DNA of 64,000 nt, taken from assembly GCA_009103225.1 (NCBI GenBank), contig RHPI01003156.1:102537-166536 (forward strand), read 5' to 3'. The notes under the pieces were generated by a model. It did no database searches, was not told the DNA's origin, and worked only from the letters and a program-made list of their open reading frames with translations. Origin of the DNA: Chlorokybus atmophyticus (Eukaryota; Plantae; Mesostigma and Chlorokybus algae). A program made the position numbers and the translations under genes. Below are positions 51,456-62,818 of the stretch, in pieces. Positions within the stretch are counted from its first letter, which is position 1, and every line of letters begins with the position of its first letter.

Positions 51456-54400
51456 CTCCTCCCCCCCCAGGTGAGCTTCGTCCTCGAAGCTCGCGAGGTT
51501 GTCGTCGAGCAAGATAGGCACGCACAACGTCTTGAGCATTAGTCAAGTGTGCCTCTGGCTCCCAGGATGCTTCATGCAACGGATAGCCCTTCCATTTCAC
51601 TAAGAACTTGCGTACGCCATGCACAAACTTCTCACCAAGGATGTCTTCTACCTCCCACTCGGGTTCACCGTCCGTGCCAACTTCGGGGGGTGGCCTTTCT
51701 GGCGGTTGTCCTCGATATGCTTTCAGAAGGGAGACGTGAAAAACGGGGTGCACACGCATGGTGTCGGGTAGCTCCAACTTGTACGCCACGTCCGAGATAA
51801 CTTTGCTGACCTTAAATGGTCCCAACCAGCGTTCATTCAGCTTGCGAACTCCCGTACGCACCTGGACGTGCTTCGCGGAGAGTAACACAATGTCGCCTTC
51901 CTGAAACGTGAGGTGTCGGCGATGCGCGTCCGCGTACTGCTTCTGCCGATTTTGTGCCACCAATAACGCATCCCTAGCTGCCTTGTTAATGTCCGCGCAC
52001 TTTGTAAGGAAGTCATTAGCTGCCTCCACACGCACGTCATGTCGTCGCGGTGTCCATGCCGTCAACGGTGTCAATGGATGTTGCCCGTAGTTCATAAGGA
52101 AGGGAGTGACACCTGTGCTTGCATTGTGGTGGTTGTTGATCGCAAACTCAACCAACTCAAGCAGCTCCTCCCAATTGTCTTGTCGCGCGTTAACGTAGCA
52201 ACGCAGCATGTCCTCGATCACACGGTTGGCCCGCTCCGTTTGCCCATCAGTTTGCGGGTGGAATGCCGTGCTAAACTTCAGTGTGGTACCCAGTGCACTA
52301 TGCAGCGCCTCCCAAAACTTACTTGTAAAGCGCGGGTCGCGATCACTCACAATGCTTCGTGGTAATCCATGAGAACGAAATACATGCTTCACGAACAAGC
52401 GTGCTGCCTCCGGTGCCGTGCAAGACTCACTACACGGTGCCAAGCGTACCATTTTGCTGGTTTTATCGACGAACACAAGTATAGCGTCGTACCCTTCTTT
52501 TGTCTTTGGTAGCCCCGTGATAAAGTCCATGGTAACTTGCTCCCACTTGGACAATGGCACAGGGAGAGGTTGCAGCAACCCACCTGGCTTTTGGTTGCTT
52601 GCCTTCACCCTTTGGCATGCGTCGCACAACGCCACGTAGTCGCGCACATCGCGATGCATCTCTCGCCAGTAAAAACGCTGTTTTAAGCTTGCCAAAGTCC
52701 TTTCCAACCCTTGGTGACCAGCAATGGGCACGTCATGAGCTTCCTTCAGCAACTTCACACGGATATGCGCGACGTTGGGGATGTACAAGCGCCCATGGTG
52801 CCACAGCAGCCCGTCGCGCATTGACCAGTGCCCACTTGTGTCCGTAGCTGTATTTTCCAGCTCTTGCAACACTTTCATACCCTCCGTGTCTTCACGAAGC
52901 ACTTGCCGAATCTGGTCGGTCCACTCGGGCTGCACTTGAGCGAGTGCCTCAATTGCATTAAGCCGGCTCAGCGCGTCAGCAACACCATTTGACGTACCGG
53001 GCTTGTACTTGATATCGAAGTCAAAAAGTTGAAAGAACTCAAGCCATCGAGCTTGTCTGCGACTCAGATGAGGTTGTGTTTGTAAGTACCTCAGTGGAGA
53101 GTGATCCGTCTCAAGCACGAACTTTTTGCCTTCCAAAAAACAACGCCATTGTCGTAGCGCCATGACTTGCGCTAAAAGTTCCTTCTCGTGCACGGGGTAA
53201 TTCAGCTCCGCACCACTCATCTTCTTGCTGAAGAATGCTACTGGTTGAAGGCCGTTGCCATGGTCTTGCTGCAAAACAGCTCCTACGGCTGTGTCGGACG
53301 CGTCGCAAGCCAAAATAAATGTCTTTTCCATGTTGGGGTGAGCCAGGACTGGTGCCTCCGTCAGCGCCTTCTTCAACGCAGCAAATGCATGTTCCTCTGT
53401 TGCTGACCAGCTCCAATGCTTTCCCTTCTTGAGTAGGGTAGTCAAGGGAGCAGCTATGCGCGAAAACCCCATGATAAACTTGCGATAATACCCCGCAAGG
53501 CCTAAAAAGGACATCACCTCCTTTACATTGGTCGGGGCAGCCCACTCGCGCACCACCTGCACTTTGTTGGGGTCCGGCTTGATGCCTTCATGCGACACAA
53601 TGTGGCCTAGGTACTCCACCTCTCGAAGCAAGAATTTGCACTTTTGTAGCTGGGCGTACAACTTGTGTTCGCGCAAACGCTGCAACACGCGCCGTAGAAG
53701 TGCCACGTGCTCCTCCTTTGTTGTCGCGTACACCAAAATGTCGTCGAGGTACACGAGGACTCCCTTACCAATCAAGTCAGCAAAAACGCTGTTCATAAGC
53801 GTTTGAAATGTTGCCGGTGCGTTCGTAAGTCCGAAGGACATGACCAACCACTCGTAGTGCCCATAACGTGTGTTAAAAGCTGTTTTCTCCACATCCTCGG
53901 GCGCGATGCGAATTTGGTGATAACCTCCAGCAAGATCAAGTGTTGTGAAGTACTGCGCACCTTGCAATTGCTCCAGCAACTCGTCGATACGTGGGAGTGG
54001 AAAGCAATTCCTCTTCGTGATGTTGTTGAGAGCTCGGTAGTCGACGCACATGCGCAAGCTCCCGTTCTTCTTTCGTACAAACAAAATAGGTGCACCATAG
54101 GGGGACTTACTAGGCCTGATGTAGCCTCTTTTCAGCAAGTCCGCCACCTGCCTCTCGGCCTCTTCCAGTTCCAAAGGTGACAACTTGTATACGGGTCGAT
54201 ACGGTGGCTTGTGCACGCCCTCAATCAGCTCCACACGGTGGTCTACGCTCCGTGGAGGTGGTAGACCAGATGGAAGTCCGTCCACCATGATATCTTGGTA
54301 TTCTTTAACAAGTTTACACACCTCGGGGTCCATAGTAGCCGTCTGAACATCGTCACTCAGCTCCGGTGCTGACTTTGCAGTGTTTTCGCGCACCACGCAC

Positions 54401-55584
54401 AACCATGCAGCTTTTGCCTTCCGTGGAGACAATAACTTCCTCAATTGCACATGAGAGATTTGGGCAATTGTCGTACCACCTAATTGTGCGTGCCGCGCCT
54501 CAATGACGTCCGATGCAGCTTGAATGGACTCTCCACCGTTTCGTTCAATGGCGTTGACGCGACGATCACGGCGAGGGTTGCCATCCGGTGTTGGCCTTTG
54601 CGTGCTTCGTCTGGGGCATCCGTACGCCAAATGCTCCGTCGACCCACACGCATAACACTTGCGCACACCTTTACCTCTTTCACCACGTCCGCCGTGCTTC
54701 GCCTCACTTCCATGCGTGTGTATGGCACCCACCTCCATTGGTGCAGGCCCAAAGTCAGCTCCACCTCCATTGGCAGGTGCTGAACTTGGTTCTCCTCGTC
54801 TCCATGCATGTTGAAAGCCTCCCCGGGGCTGATCACCATGCCTTTGCCTCCAGTCAGTGTTTCTTGTGGTGGACTTGAAGTACAACGCGTCGAGACGCTC
54901 CGCGATGCGTATAGCCTCCGCGAGTGTCTTGGGGTCCCGTAGCTCCACTTCTTTACGCCCCAAAGGTTTTAAACCACGTGTATACCTGTCCAACTGCTCC
55001 TCCTCGGTCATATTGGGTATGGACATCACCAATCGCTGAAACGCGGCCGTGTACGCCATCACCGACCCCATTTGCACAAGGGCTGCAAGTTTGTCGCGTG
55101 CGGCCTTCACGCTCTCAACGGGAACAAATTGATGCCTGACCTCCAGTGCCAACTCTTCCATGGTGGTCAATGGTAGCGCCAACCCGTTTGCAACACGCGT
55201 ACATCGATGCCTCCACCACACAAGTGCTGCACCTTCAAGCAATGTCGCTGCAACCTCCACGTGCAGATGCGTGGGCACCTCCGTGAGCTTCAACCAAGAC
55301 GATACTTGAAAAATCCATTCATCCACTGCATCTCCATCACGTTGACCCTTGAATGGCTTGGGCTTTGGCACCTTCACATGCACGCGCGAGCTTGATGCCA
55401 TGGGAATTTGTACACGCGCCATCGCATGCTCATACGCCTCGCGTTGTGCTTGTGCCGCCGCTTGAGTGTGATGAAGCTCTTCCCTCAGTGCCAAGATGGC
55501 AGCTTGAAGCTCTTCCATGCGAGCATCCTCCATCTCCACTAACACACTACACTCCGCTTCCGAATGAAAAGTGTAAACGCCCAC
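51451..55584 (-). CDS. Single-ORF Gag-Pol polyprotein of element B (Gag, CCHC knuckle, RT, RNase H, integrase, chromodomain; no protease motif found)
   Basis: 1377 aa open frame. CYACGSTEHLAYGC; RT LRMCVDYRALN and YLDD; RH CDAS and TDHSPL; INT HDVPIAGH...CDAC, VTMDF, SDRD and QTERAN; chromodomain EWEVEDIL...FLVKWKGY...SWEP. Confidence 0.95.
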   Translation of the reverse strand: MGVYTFHSEAECSVLVEMEDARMEELQAAILALREELHHTQAAAQAQREAYEHAMARVQIPMASSSRVHVKVPKPKPFKGQRDGDAVDEWIFQVSSWLKLTEVPTHLHVEVAATLLEGAALVWWRHRCTRVANGLALPLTTMEELALEVRHQFVPVESVKAARDKLAALVQMGSVMAYTAAFQRLVMSIPNMTEEEQLDRYTRGLKPLGRKEVELRDPKTLAEAIRIAERLDALYFKSTTRNTDWRQRHGDQPRGGFQHAWRRGEPSSAPANGGGADFGPAPMEVGAIHTHGSEAKHGGRGERGKGVRKCYACGSTEHLAYGCPRRSTQRPTPDGNPRRDRRVNAIERNGGESIQAASDVIEARHAQLGGTTIAQISHVQLRKLLSPRKAKAAWLCVVRENTAKSAPELSDDVQTATMDPEVCKLVKEYQDIMVDGLPSGLPPPRSVDHRVELIEGVHKPPYRPVYKLSPLELEEAERQVADLLKRGYIRPSKSPYGAPILFVRKKNGSLRMCVDYRALNNITKRNCFPLPRIDELLEQLQGAQYFTTLDLAGGYHQIRIAPEDVEKTAFNTRYGHYEWLVMSFGLTNAPATFQTLMNSVFADLIGKGVLVYLDDILVYATTKEEHVALLRRVLQRLREHKLYAQLQKCKFLLREVEYLGHIVSHEGIKPDPNKVQVVREWAAPTNVKEVMSFLGLAGYYRKFIMGFSRIAAPLTTLLKKGKHWSWSATEEHAFAALKKALTEAPVLAHPNMEKTFILACDASDTAVGAVLQQDHGNGLQPVAFFSKKMSGAELNYPVHEKELLAQVMALRQWRCFLEGKKFVLETDHSPLRYLQTQPHLSRRQARWLEFFQLFDFDIKYKPGTSNGVADALSRLNAIEALAQVQPEWTDQIRQVLREDTEGMKVLQELENTATDTSGHWSMRDGLLWHHGRLYIPNVAHIRVKLLKEAHDVPIAGHQGLERTLASLKQRFYWREMHRDVRDYVALCDACQRVKASNQKPGGLLQPLPVPLSKWEQVTMDFITGLPKTKEGYDAILVFVDKTSKMVRLAPCSESCTAPEAARLFVKHVFRSHGLPRSIVSDRDPRFTSKFWEALHSALGTTLKFSTAFHPQTDGQTERANRVIEDMLRCYVNARQDNWEELLELVEFAINNHHNASTGVTPFLMNYGQHPLTPLTAWTPRRHDVRVEAANDFLTKCADINKAARDALLVAQNRQKQYADAHRRHLTFQEGDIVLLSAKHVQVRTGVRKLNERWLGPFKVSKVISDVAYKLELPDTMRVHPVFHVSLLKAYRGQPPERPPPEVGTDGEPEWEVEDILGEKFVHGVRKFLVKWKGYPLHEASWEPEAHLTNAQDVVRAYLARRQPRELRGRSSPGGGGV

Positions 55585-55627
55585 ACACTTCCTCTCTCAC
55601 CTTCGTAAACCGTGCTCCGATACCAGT

Positions 55628-56299
55628 TGTGACGGTGCTCGTGCCTTGTCACCTGTGAGTTGGTCCAATCCACAACCCTCTCACCAAGACACGGTATTCA
55701 CACCGGAACCTTGCCCCCTCTGCCAAGCACACACGCGCGCCCCGCCACTCGCGTACGCACGCGCATGCGCTCGAAGCTACACACCGACTTGTGTAGCGCC
55801 TTGGATCGTCACACAAGCAAGCACACACCGGTGGGCACACGCTAGCAACCCCTGCTAACCACCACCAAGCTTGCACACAAGAAACTAGGGAGCTAAAGGT
55901 TGTATTGCAAGTTGTAGAATGTCACTTTTATACCTACCAGTCTGCACATGCTACTGTCTAGACGATTCTAGCGCTAGACGGAACTAGAAGCTAAGATATT
56001 CTTGCAGAATCTTGTAGTACACTTCTAGACCTTTCCAACGCACCAAAGATCTCCTAATTTGCTGCTCATATGGTCAAGTTATACTACTTGGCGCCAGGCC
56101 CTTCCAGAAATCTGGTCGAGCCCTTCTCGACTGGCCCTCCGTTTTCTGGCACCTTCCGGACTGGTCTTGGGGCCCCGGTCGATATCCGCGGCAGACTCAT
56201 AACTCGCCGATATCCGCCACAAGTCATTAAAAACATGTACCTTACAAATAAGGCCTAAAACGGCCATGAAAATCACAGAATTTGGCCTTGACTGTTACA
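55628..56299 (-). repeat. 5' LTR of element B
   Basis: Followed on the minus strand by AC + TGGTATCGGAGC. Confidence 0.96.
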
Positions 56300-57216
56300 A
56301 TTGGTATCCAGGAGCTGGGGGGTGATGTGGGTAGTTATAGGGGGCGGCGACCTGCTTTCGGCCAATCAGAAGGCGTCGGCGGCGGCCTCCTATTCGTCCA
56401 CGCAGCCCAAGCTTCAAATTCGCTTCCCTGCGCTACCTCCACGTTGAAGCCACCTATCAAAGAGGCGGCCTCTCCACGTGTGAGGTACCATCACACGTCG
56501 GTGACTTGCCTGCTTGCCTGCTTGTCAGCTGCTTGCCAGGTGCTTGCCAGGTGCACGTGTGTACTTTCATGCACATCACACAGTGGCTTGCCAGTGCACT
56601 ATCACTTGCAGTGATTGCCTGTCATTGCATGCGGTAATTGCGGCTTGCTAGTGTGCCATCACTGTTTGTCACACTTAGTGCACTATCATTGCATGCGGTG
56701 ATTGCCTGTCATTATGCTTGCCAGTGCATGTCACAGTTAGTCACCGTACGGCTTGCCTGTTGCATGCCTGTGGCTTGCCTGTTGCATGCCTGTGACGTAC
56801 CTGTGACCTGCCAGCGGCTTTGCCGGGTCGTTTGACCCGGGTCCGTAAGTTCCAAACCAAACTGTGTGTTCCCAAACCCTCCCCCTCTCGCTTCGGCCTG
56901 GAGATCGGGACTTGGTTAGGACAGTTGTGGGGAGGTTCTAGGACAATCTGTTCCCAAACCCTGTTAGCCTGAAACCCTCCCCCTCTGGCTTCGGCCTGGA
57001 GATTGGGACTTGGTTGAGGACAACACAGGGTTAGGACATTCTGGTCCCACTCAGACTTGTTCTGTTTGGTGACACTCCAGATCCAACTTTTCCTATTTTG
57101 GGACTGGTTTGGACTCTGTTTGGGACTTTTACAACTTGGGGTCATTTTTATCCTCTCGTTGAACCTGGTCCATTGGTGAGGTTCTCACCACCCCATTCTG
57201 CCTGTTTTGCAGGCAA

Positions 57217-58391
57217 ATGGAAGAAAACTCGGTGCCCACCTCAAAAGGGGAGAGCTCAGAAAAAGAGCAACTTTCCCGTGAGGAGGAATTTCCATCCATG
57301 GAAGATATTCCGAATCCGGATGATGCACCTGATGAGTCTCAAGCTGCTAAAGCTGCGGAAGCTTCAGTGGATGATAGATCACCTTCTATATTCCCTGAGT
57401 TTTCTATTCGCATGACACAGCAGGACTTGATGGAGCATTTCCTTAGCACCTATGATCAGGACCCTCGTGAGGCAATTGTCTCATTCGTGAACTTTCTCTT
57501 CCTATTGGCAGAAAAAGTTTCAAAGCTTACCACCTTTATGGGGCGAGATTGGGAGGGGCAGATGGGTGAAGGCAAACGTGTTCTGATATGATCGAGCGTC
57601 TGCAGCGTGCTGACGGTGGTCCACCTGTTCAAGCACTTGCTCGTCCTGCCGAGTTTGTTCCCAACAAGCAAGCGGCCATCTTCGACTTGCTTGTGAAGTT
57701 GCGACACTATGTCAACTCCCTTCACATTTCTGAGGAGGGGAAATTGCGTGTAGCTGAGTTGCTGATCCCAAACGATGCTCTGGCAGAGTGGTACCGCCGT
57801 AAGCAACGGGATACAAACCTCGGGCGGGAAGTAAATCAGTTGTGCTTTTTCATGGAGCAGCGCTATGGTGGCGCAGATCCTGCCTAGGTTGCTCGCAACC
57901 AGTTGCACAACCTGCGTCAGAATGGGCGTTCGGTTCAGCAGTATATCCAGGATTTTCAGTTGTTTGTCAGCAAGATCAATGCTGGCAAACTACCTATCAG
58001 TGATGCTGATCAGCTGGATATGTTCAGACGTGGCTTGGACACAGATCTCGTGCAGCATGTGGCCGTCAACCCCGCGAGTTTGCAAGAGTGGGCCTCGACG
58101 GATTTACCAATGCTGATGCAGATGGTTGCTGCTGTGGACAGTGTAAAACGCTCTCACGCCAATATGCAAACCACGGCAAAAGAGGCAGCCCCGGTTTCAG
58201 CTGCAAAGCGCCCGGCCACTGGCAACAGACCTTTTGTGAAAAAGGCGAAACCATCTCATCCTGCTGGCCCCTACAATGCGGCCAAATCCATCATCACTTG
58301 CAGTTTCTGCGAGAAGACAGGTCATGGGGAGGCTACGTGCTATGCAAAACAGAATGCACAGAAGGCCAAGCAGCAGAGAGAAAAGAAATAG
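57217..58391 (+). pseudogene. Disrupted gag of element A
   Basis: Frameshift near 57590 and in-frame TAG at 57885 (DPA*VARNQLHNLRQNGRSVQQY..F). CCHC knuckle CSFCEKTGHGEATC. Ends in TAG at 58389-58391. Confidence 0.85.
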
Positions 58392-58394
58392 GAA

Positions 58395-61300
58395 TTGTCC
58401 GTGGTTGGTAGCTCAGTCGAGCAGAACAACTTTAAAAACTCTGTACTTCTTGATAAAGTTTCCTCTCTTTGCGATGTATCAGATGTATGGACTGATATGA
58501 GCACACCACCTGTGTTGAGAAATGCAAACGGTTGTGTTTTAATCAATGTTCCATTCTCTGAATTAGTAACTGCTGTTAAGCACTTACACGAGTTGCAATT
58601 ACAACATGCTATCACTGCATGTGTAGTTATCCCTCGATATCATGGCCCGTGGTCGCGATTGTTGAAAGGGGGAGAAGTAATCATGCAACTCTCACGCAAA
58701 GATACAGGAGCTTCACCATTGCAAGTGATCTTTATCAAGTCTGCTACCAATCACGGCACTCCGATATTAGCTACATTTGATGGTCACTCAGTGCCACTCA
58801 AATGGAGATTTGAGAGTCAACTTATGGGTACACCATGTACAGCATTGATTGATACTGGTGCAAACCATAACTTTGTTGAACATGCTTGGGTGAAACGTAA
58901 TAACATTCCTTTCACACCAGTCACGTCATATGTACGTGCTGCTGGTTCCACTCTCAATGCAATGGGAGAGGTAAAAGGGCGTTTTGTTATTNGTTGTCTT
59001 TAATGGCCATATAACCCGACCAGCCTTCATTGTGGTGGATATTGGTATCCCCGGGGTGGATGTTGTTTTAGGAGAACAATGGCACACTGAAGCAGGTTTA
59101 CAATTAGACTCTCGAGCCAATACGTGCACCCTTCGTAAAGGGAAACGTATGATGACTTTAACAGCATCTGTACTCGCACGTATACCACGCGATAATGTTC
59201 CGCTCCTCTCTGCTATGCAATTGAAACGTTGCATGCGTAAACGTGAGGACGTATACTTACTGCACTTACGACAGGTGGAAACACCTGCTGAACAGGCTAT
59301 CAGTGACCCTGTGGTGCAGTCACTTACGGAACAATACGCAGATGTATTTCAGGATGAACTCCCAGAGTTGCCTCCCGATCGAAACATACATCATACCATT
59401 CCGTTAGAGGAGGGGGCAAAGCCACCTTGGCGGCCTATATACAGGCTAAGTCCCTTTGAACACGCGGAGATGGAAAAACAGCTCACAGAGTTATTGGACA
59501 AAGGTTTAATAACAAAGAGCATATCTCCTTTTGGTGCACCAATTTTGTTCGTGCCCAAAAAGAATGGCAAGCTACGCATGTGTATTGATTATCGTGCGTT
59601 GAACAAGGTCACTGTGAAAAACAGATACCCTTTGCCTCGGATTGATGATTTGTTTGATAAGCTGTCAGGAGCAACAGTGTTCAGCACGCTGGATTTGACC
59701 AGTGGTTATCATCAAATCAAAATCCACCCGTCGGATATACGAAAAACTGCATTTCGCACCCCACTAGGACACTTTGAGTATAAAGTGTTACCATTTGGGT
59801 TAACAAATGCACCGGCTACATTTCAGACAGCAATGAACGCGGTATTTGCTGATGAATTGTACAAGTTTGTACTGGTATATCTAGACGACATTATTGTGTT
59901 CAGCAAAACCCGGGAGGACCACCACAAACATGTGGAATTGGTTCTAGCTAAATTACGCGAACACAAATTCTATGCCAACCTGTCCAAATGCAACTTTGCA
60001 AAGGATGAACTACCCTTTTTAGGGCATGTGATTGGCAAAGAAGGATTGAAACCAGATCCTCAAAAGGTGTGTGCGGTAAAGGATTGGCCACCACCCAAGG
60101 ATGTACATCAGTTACGTGCTTTCTTGGGGCTAGCCAATTATTTCCGCAAGTTCATGCGAGCATATTCTGGCATGGCAAATTCTTTAACATCTTTACGAAG
60201 AAAAGATGTTAAATTTGTGTGTACGGAGGCACACGAGGTTGCTTTTACTCGCATTAAAGATGCATTAACACAAGCCCCTGTGTTAGCCTTCCCCGACCAC
60301 ACTAAGCCTTTTGTGGTGATCATCGATGCTTCCACCATTGGGTGTGGGGCAGTCCTTCTACAAGATGACAGACCATGTGCATATGAAAGCAGAAAGTTCA
60401 TTCCTACTGAACGTAATTACACAACCACTGAGCAACAATTGCTCGGGGTGGTGCACGCGCTGCACACATGGCGTTGCTACTTGGAAGGGGTGGAGTTTTC
60501 AGTGATTACTGATCACACCCGCTCACATTCTTTCATACGCAACAAAATCTGTCGAGGCGGCAAGCTAGGTGGAATGAATTCATTTCTCGTTTCACTTTCA
60601 CTTGACAATACCGTCCGGGTCGCACCAATGTGGCGGATCCACTAAGTCGCAGCCCTGCTCTTTTGGCACTTACGCGCTCTCGAAGTACGCGTAATGTACA
60701 ACAGCCTGAAGATCCTTTCTTAAAAGAAGTGTCCACAGGTTAACTCAGATGATTGGTTTAGCAGTCAAACCAACTTGCAACAGCTTACATCTGTTAGCAA
60801 TCTGTGGTATAAATGGGAGCAGTTGGCAATTCCCAACTCTGGCGACTTGCGTAAGCAATGCTTACATTCAGTGCATGACCCGCCGTATGCTGGGCATTTG
60901 GGGAAACACAAAACACTCAAATCTGCGCAACAGTTATACTGGTGGCCGTCAATGTCAGCTGACGTGGATCAATATGTTCGCACATGTGACGTGTGTCAAC
61001 GTAATCAGCCACTACGACAAAAACAAGCGGGATTGCTTAAACCATTGGCAATTCCAGAACAAAAGTGGGATAGTGTCAGTATGGATTTGATTACTGACCT
61101 ACTTGAAACAGCAGCTAAATACACTGCTATTGTGGTTTTTGTCGACCGTTTGACTAAAATGGTGCATTTTGCCCCGTGTTGCACAACTGTAAGTGCACGG
61201 GACTTGGCACACTTATTTGTGTCCACGGTCTTTCGCGTTCACGGTATACCGCGTGAACTTGTCACAGATCGTGATCCTCGTTTTGTCTCCAAGTTTTGGC

Positions 61301-62130
61301 GAGAAGTCTGTGAATTGTTGGGGGTAAAACAAAGCATGTCGACTGCTTTCCACCCGCAAACGGACGGTCAAACTGAGCGAGCAAATCAAATACTGGAAGA
61401 AATGCTTCGCCACTATGTGGCTCCTAATCATGCTGATTGGGACAGGTACTTGCCAATGGCAGAGTTCGCTGTGAACAACGAGTGGCAAGAAAGTGTAAAG
61501 GAAACCCCATTTTTCTTAAATTATGGGATTTGCCCAAACACACCAGCGTCATTGCGTGTACCTCGCAATGCCCTGACTGTGCCAGCGGCAAAAGAATTTG
61601 CCACTAATATGCAAGAAAATTTGGCTCGAGCCAAGCTGTGTCTGTCAGAAGCACAGGACAGGCAAAAAGCTTATGCTGATACACATCGAAAAATGGCCAC
61701 TTTCGATGTCGGCGATAAAGTTTTGCTTAATGCAAAAAACATAACCATCAAAGGTACGGGTGCTCGCAAGTTGCTGCCCCGATGGTTAGGTCCTTTCTCT
61801 ATCACTGATAGAGTTGGTACGCACGCTTATCGACTGCAATTGCCCCCAAGTGTGCGTATACACAACGTGTTTCATGTAAACTTGTTGAAACCTTGCCGCT
61901 CAGACGGTAGAACACAGCCTCCACCACCGCCAGTTGAGGTGGACAGCGAGCTCGAATACGAGGTGGAAGCTATATTGAACCATAAGCTAAATGGTCGAGG
62001 ACGCGCAACTCGCTATTTAGTGAAATGGAAAGGGTATGGCCCGGAACATAACAGTTGGGAGCCCGACAGGCATCTTACGCACTGCCGCGAGTTGCTTCGA
62101 GCTTATTGGGATTCATGTCCTGTCCCATAA
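58395..62130 (+). pseudogene. Disrupted pol of element A (PR, RT, RNase H, integrase, chromodomain)
   Basis: ALIDTGANHNF at ~58845; RT LRMCIDYRALN and YLDD; RH IDAS; frameshifts at the N (58992) and near 60520, plus stops; INT HDPPYAGH...CDVC; chromodomain EYEVEAIL...YLVKWKGY...SWEP. Confidence 0.92.
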
Positions 62131-62277
62131 ACTGTGGGCTTGGTTTTATGACAGACTGGCAGTGTAGTTTCATAACCACCCTGTCATTTCCTGCTATCTC
62201 ACTTGTTACAATTACTCGAAATCAAGCCTGATCAACTTGAGTTCAACGAGGACGTTGAAAACCTAAGTGGGGGGGAA

Positions 62278-62818
62278 TGTAACGGGAGCAATAATAATAG
62301 GGGTATTATTGCTACCTGAATAACACATTTTGTATGAATAAGTATTTAAATATGCTTATTTATACCTCTTTTCTACGGTTCCTCGCTTATTAAAGGCTAT
62401 GATGCTTTATCATAGCTTAAATATATATATATATATATATATATCCCAATGGGTGTAGAACCGCTTATTCAAGCCTATTTAGTGTCACATTTGATATAAT
62501 GTGATCACTATCTCGTTAGGTACCTTACGATAGGTATCTTTGGATAGGTACCTTATCGATAGGTACCTTATCTGATCTGTGATTGGCATACGCTAGATTT
62601 CCTAACTACCCTATCTGTAGGGTCGATGTCTAGCTGTGAGTTAATTATCGAGAGTTATATAGTTGATATACTCTTGATATAAAAGGTCACATCAATCTGA
62701 TGTGGGGACTTTCAGTTCTCTGCTCAGTGGCGGCCACGCCGTTGAAAGGCTTGTCATAGGCGGTGTGGGTGTTGGGGTAGAGGATTGAAGGGGCACCGGC
62801 GACGGTGGTGCTGCTACA
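62278..62818 (+). repeat. 3' LTR of element A (541 bp)
   Basis: Follows the PPT and is followed by the TSD TGTGA. Confidence 0.95.

Larger units (their letters stand above)
50784..56299 (-). mobile_element. Element B: young Ty3/Gypsy chromovirus-type LTR retrotransposon nested in element A
   Basis: 672-bp LTRs at 50784-51455 and 55628-56299 with three differences seen. TSD ATTGG at 50779-50783 and 56300-56304. Minus-strand PBS TGGTATCGGAGC at 55625-55614 (initiator-Met type); PPT GGGGGGGGAGGAG at 51468-51456. Confidence 0.97.
50254..62818 (+). mobile_element. Element A: full-length but degenerate Ty3/Gypsy chromovirus-type LTR retrotransposon, interrupted by element B
   Basis: LTRs 50254-50779 and 62278-62818 (TGTAAC...TACA). 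5-bp TSD TGTGA at 50249-50253 and 62819-62823. PBS-like TGGTATCCAGGAGC at 56302; PPT at 62265-62277. Domain order is gag-PR-RT-RH-INT-chromo. Confidence 0.96.
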
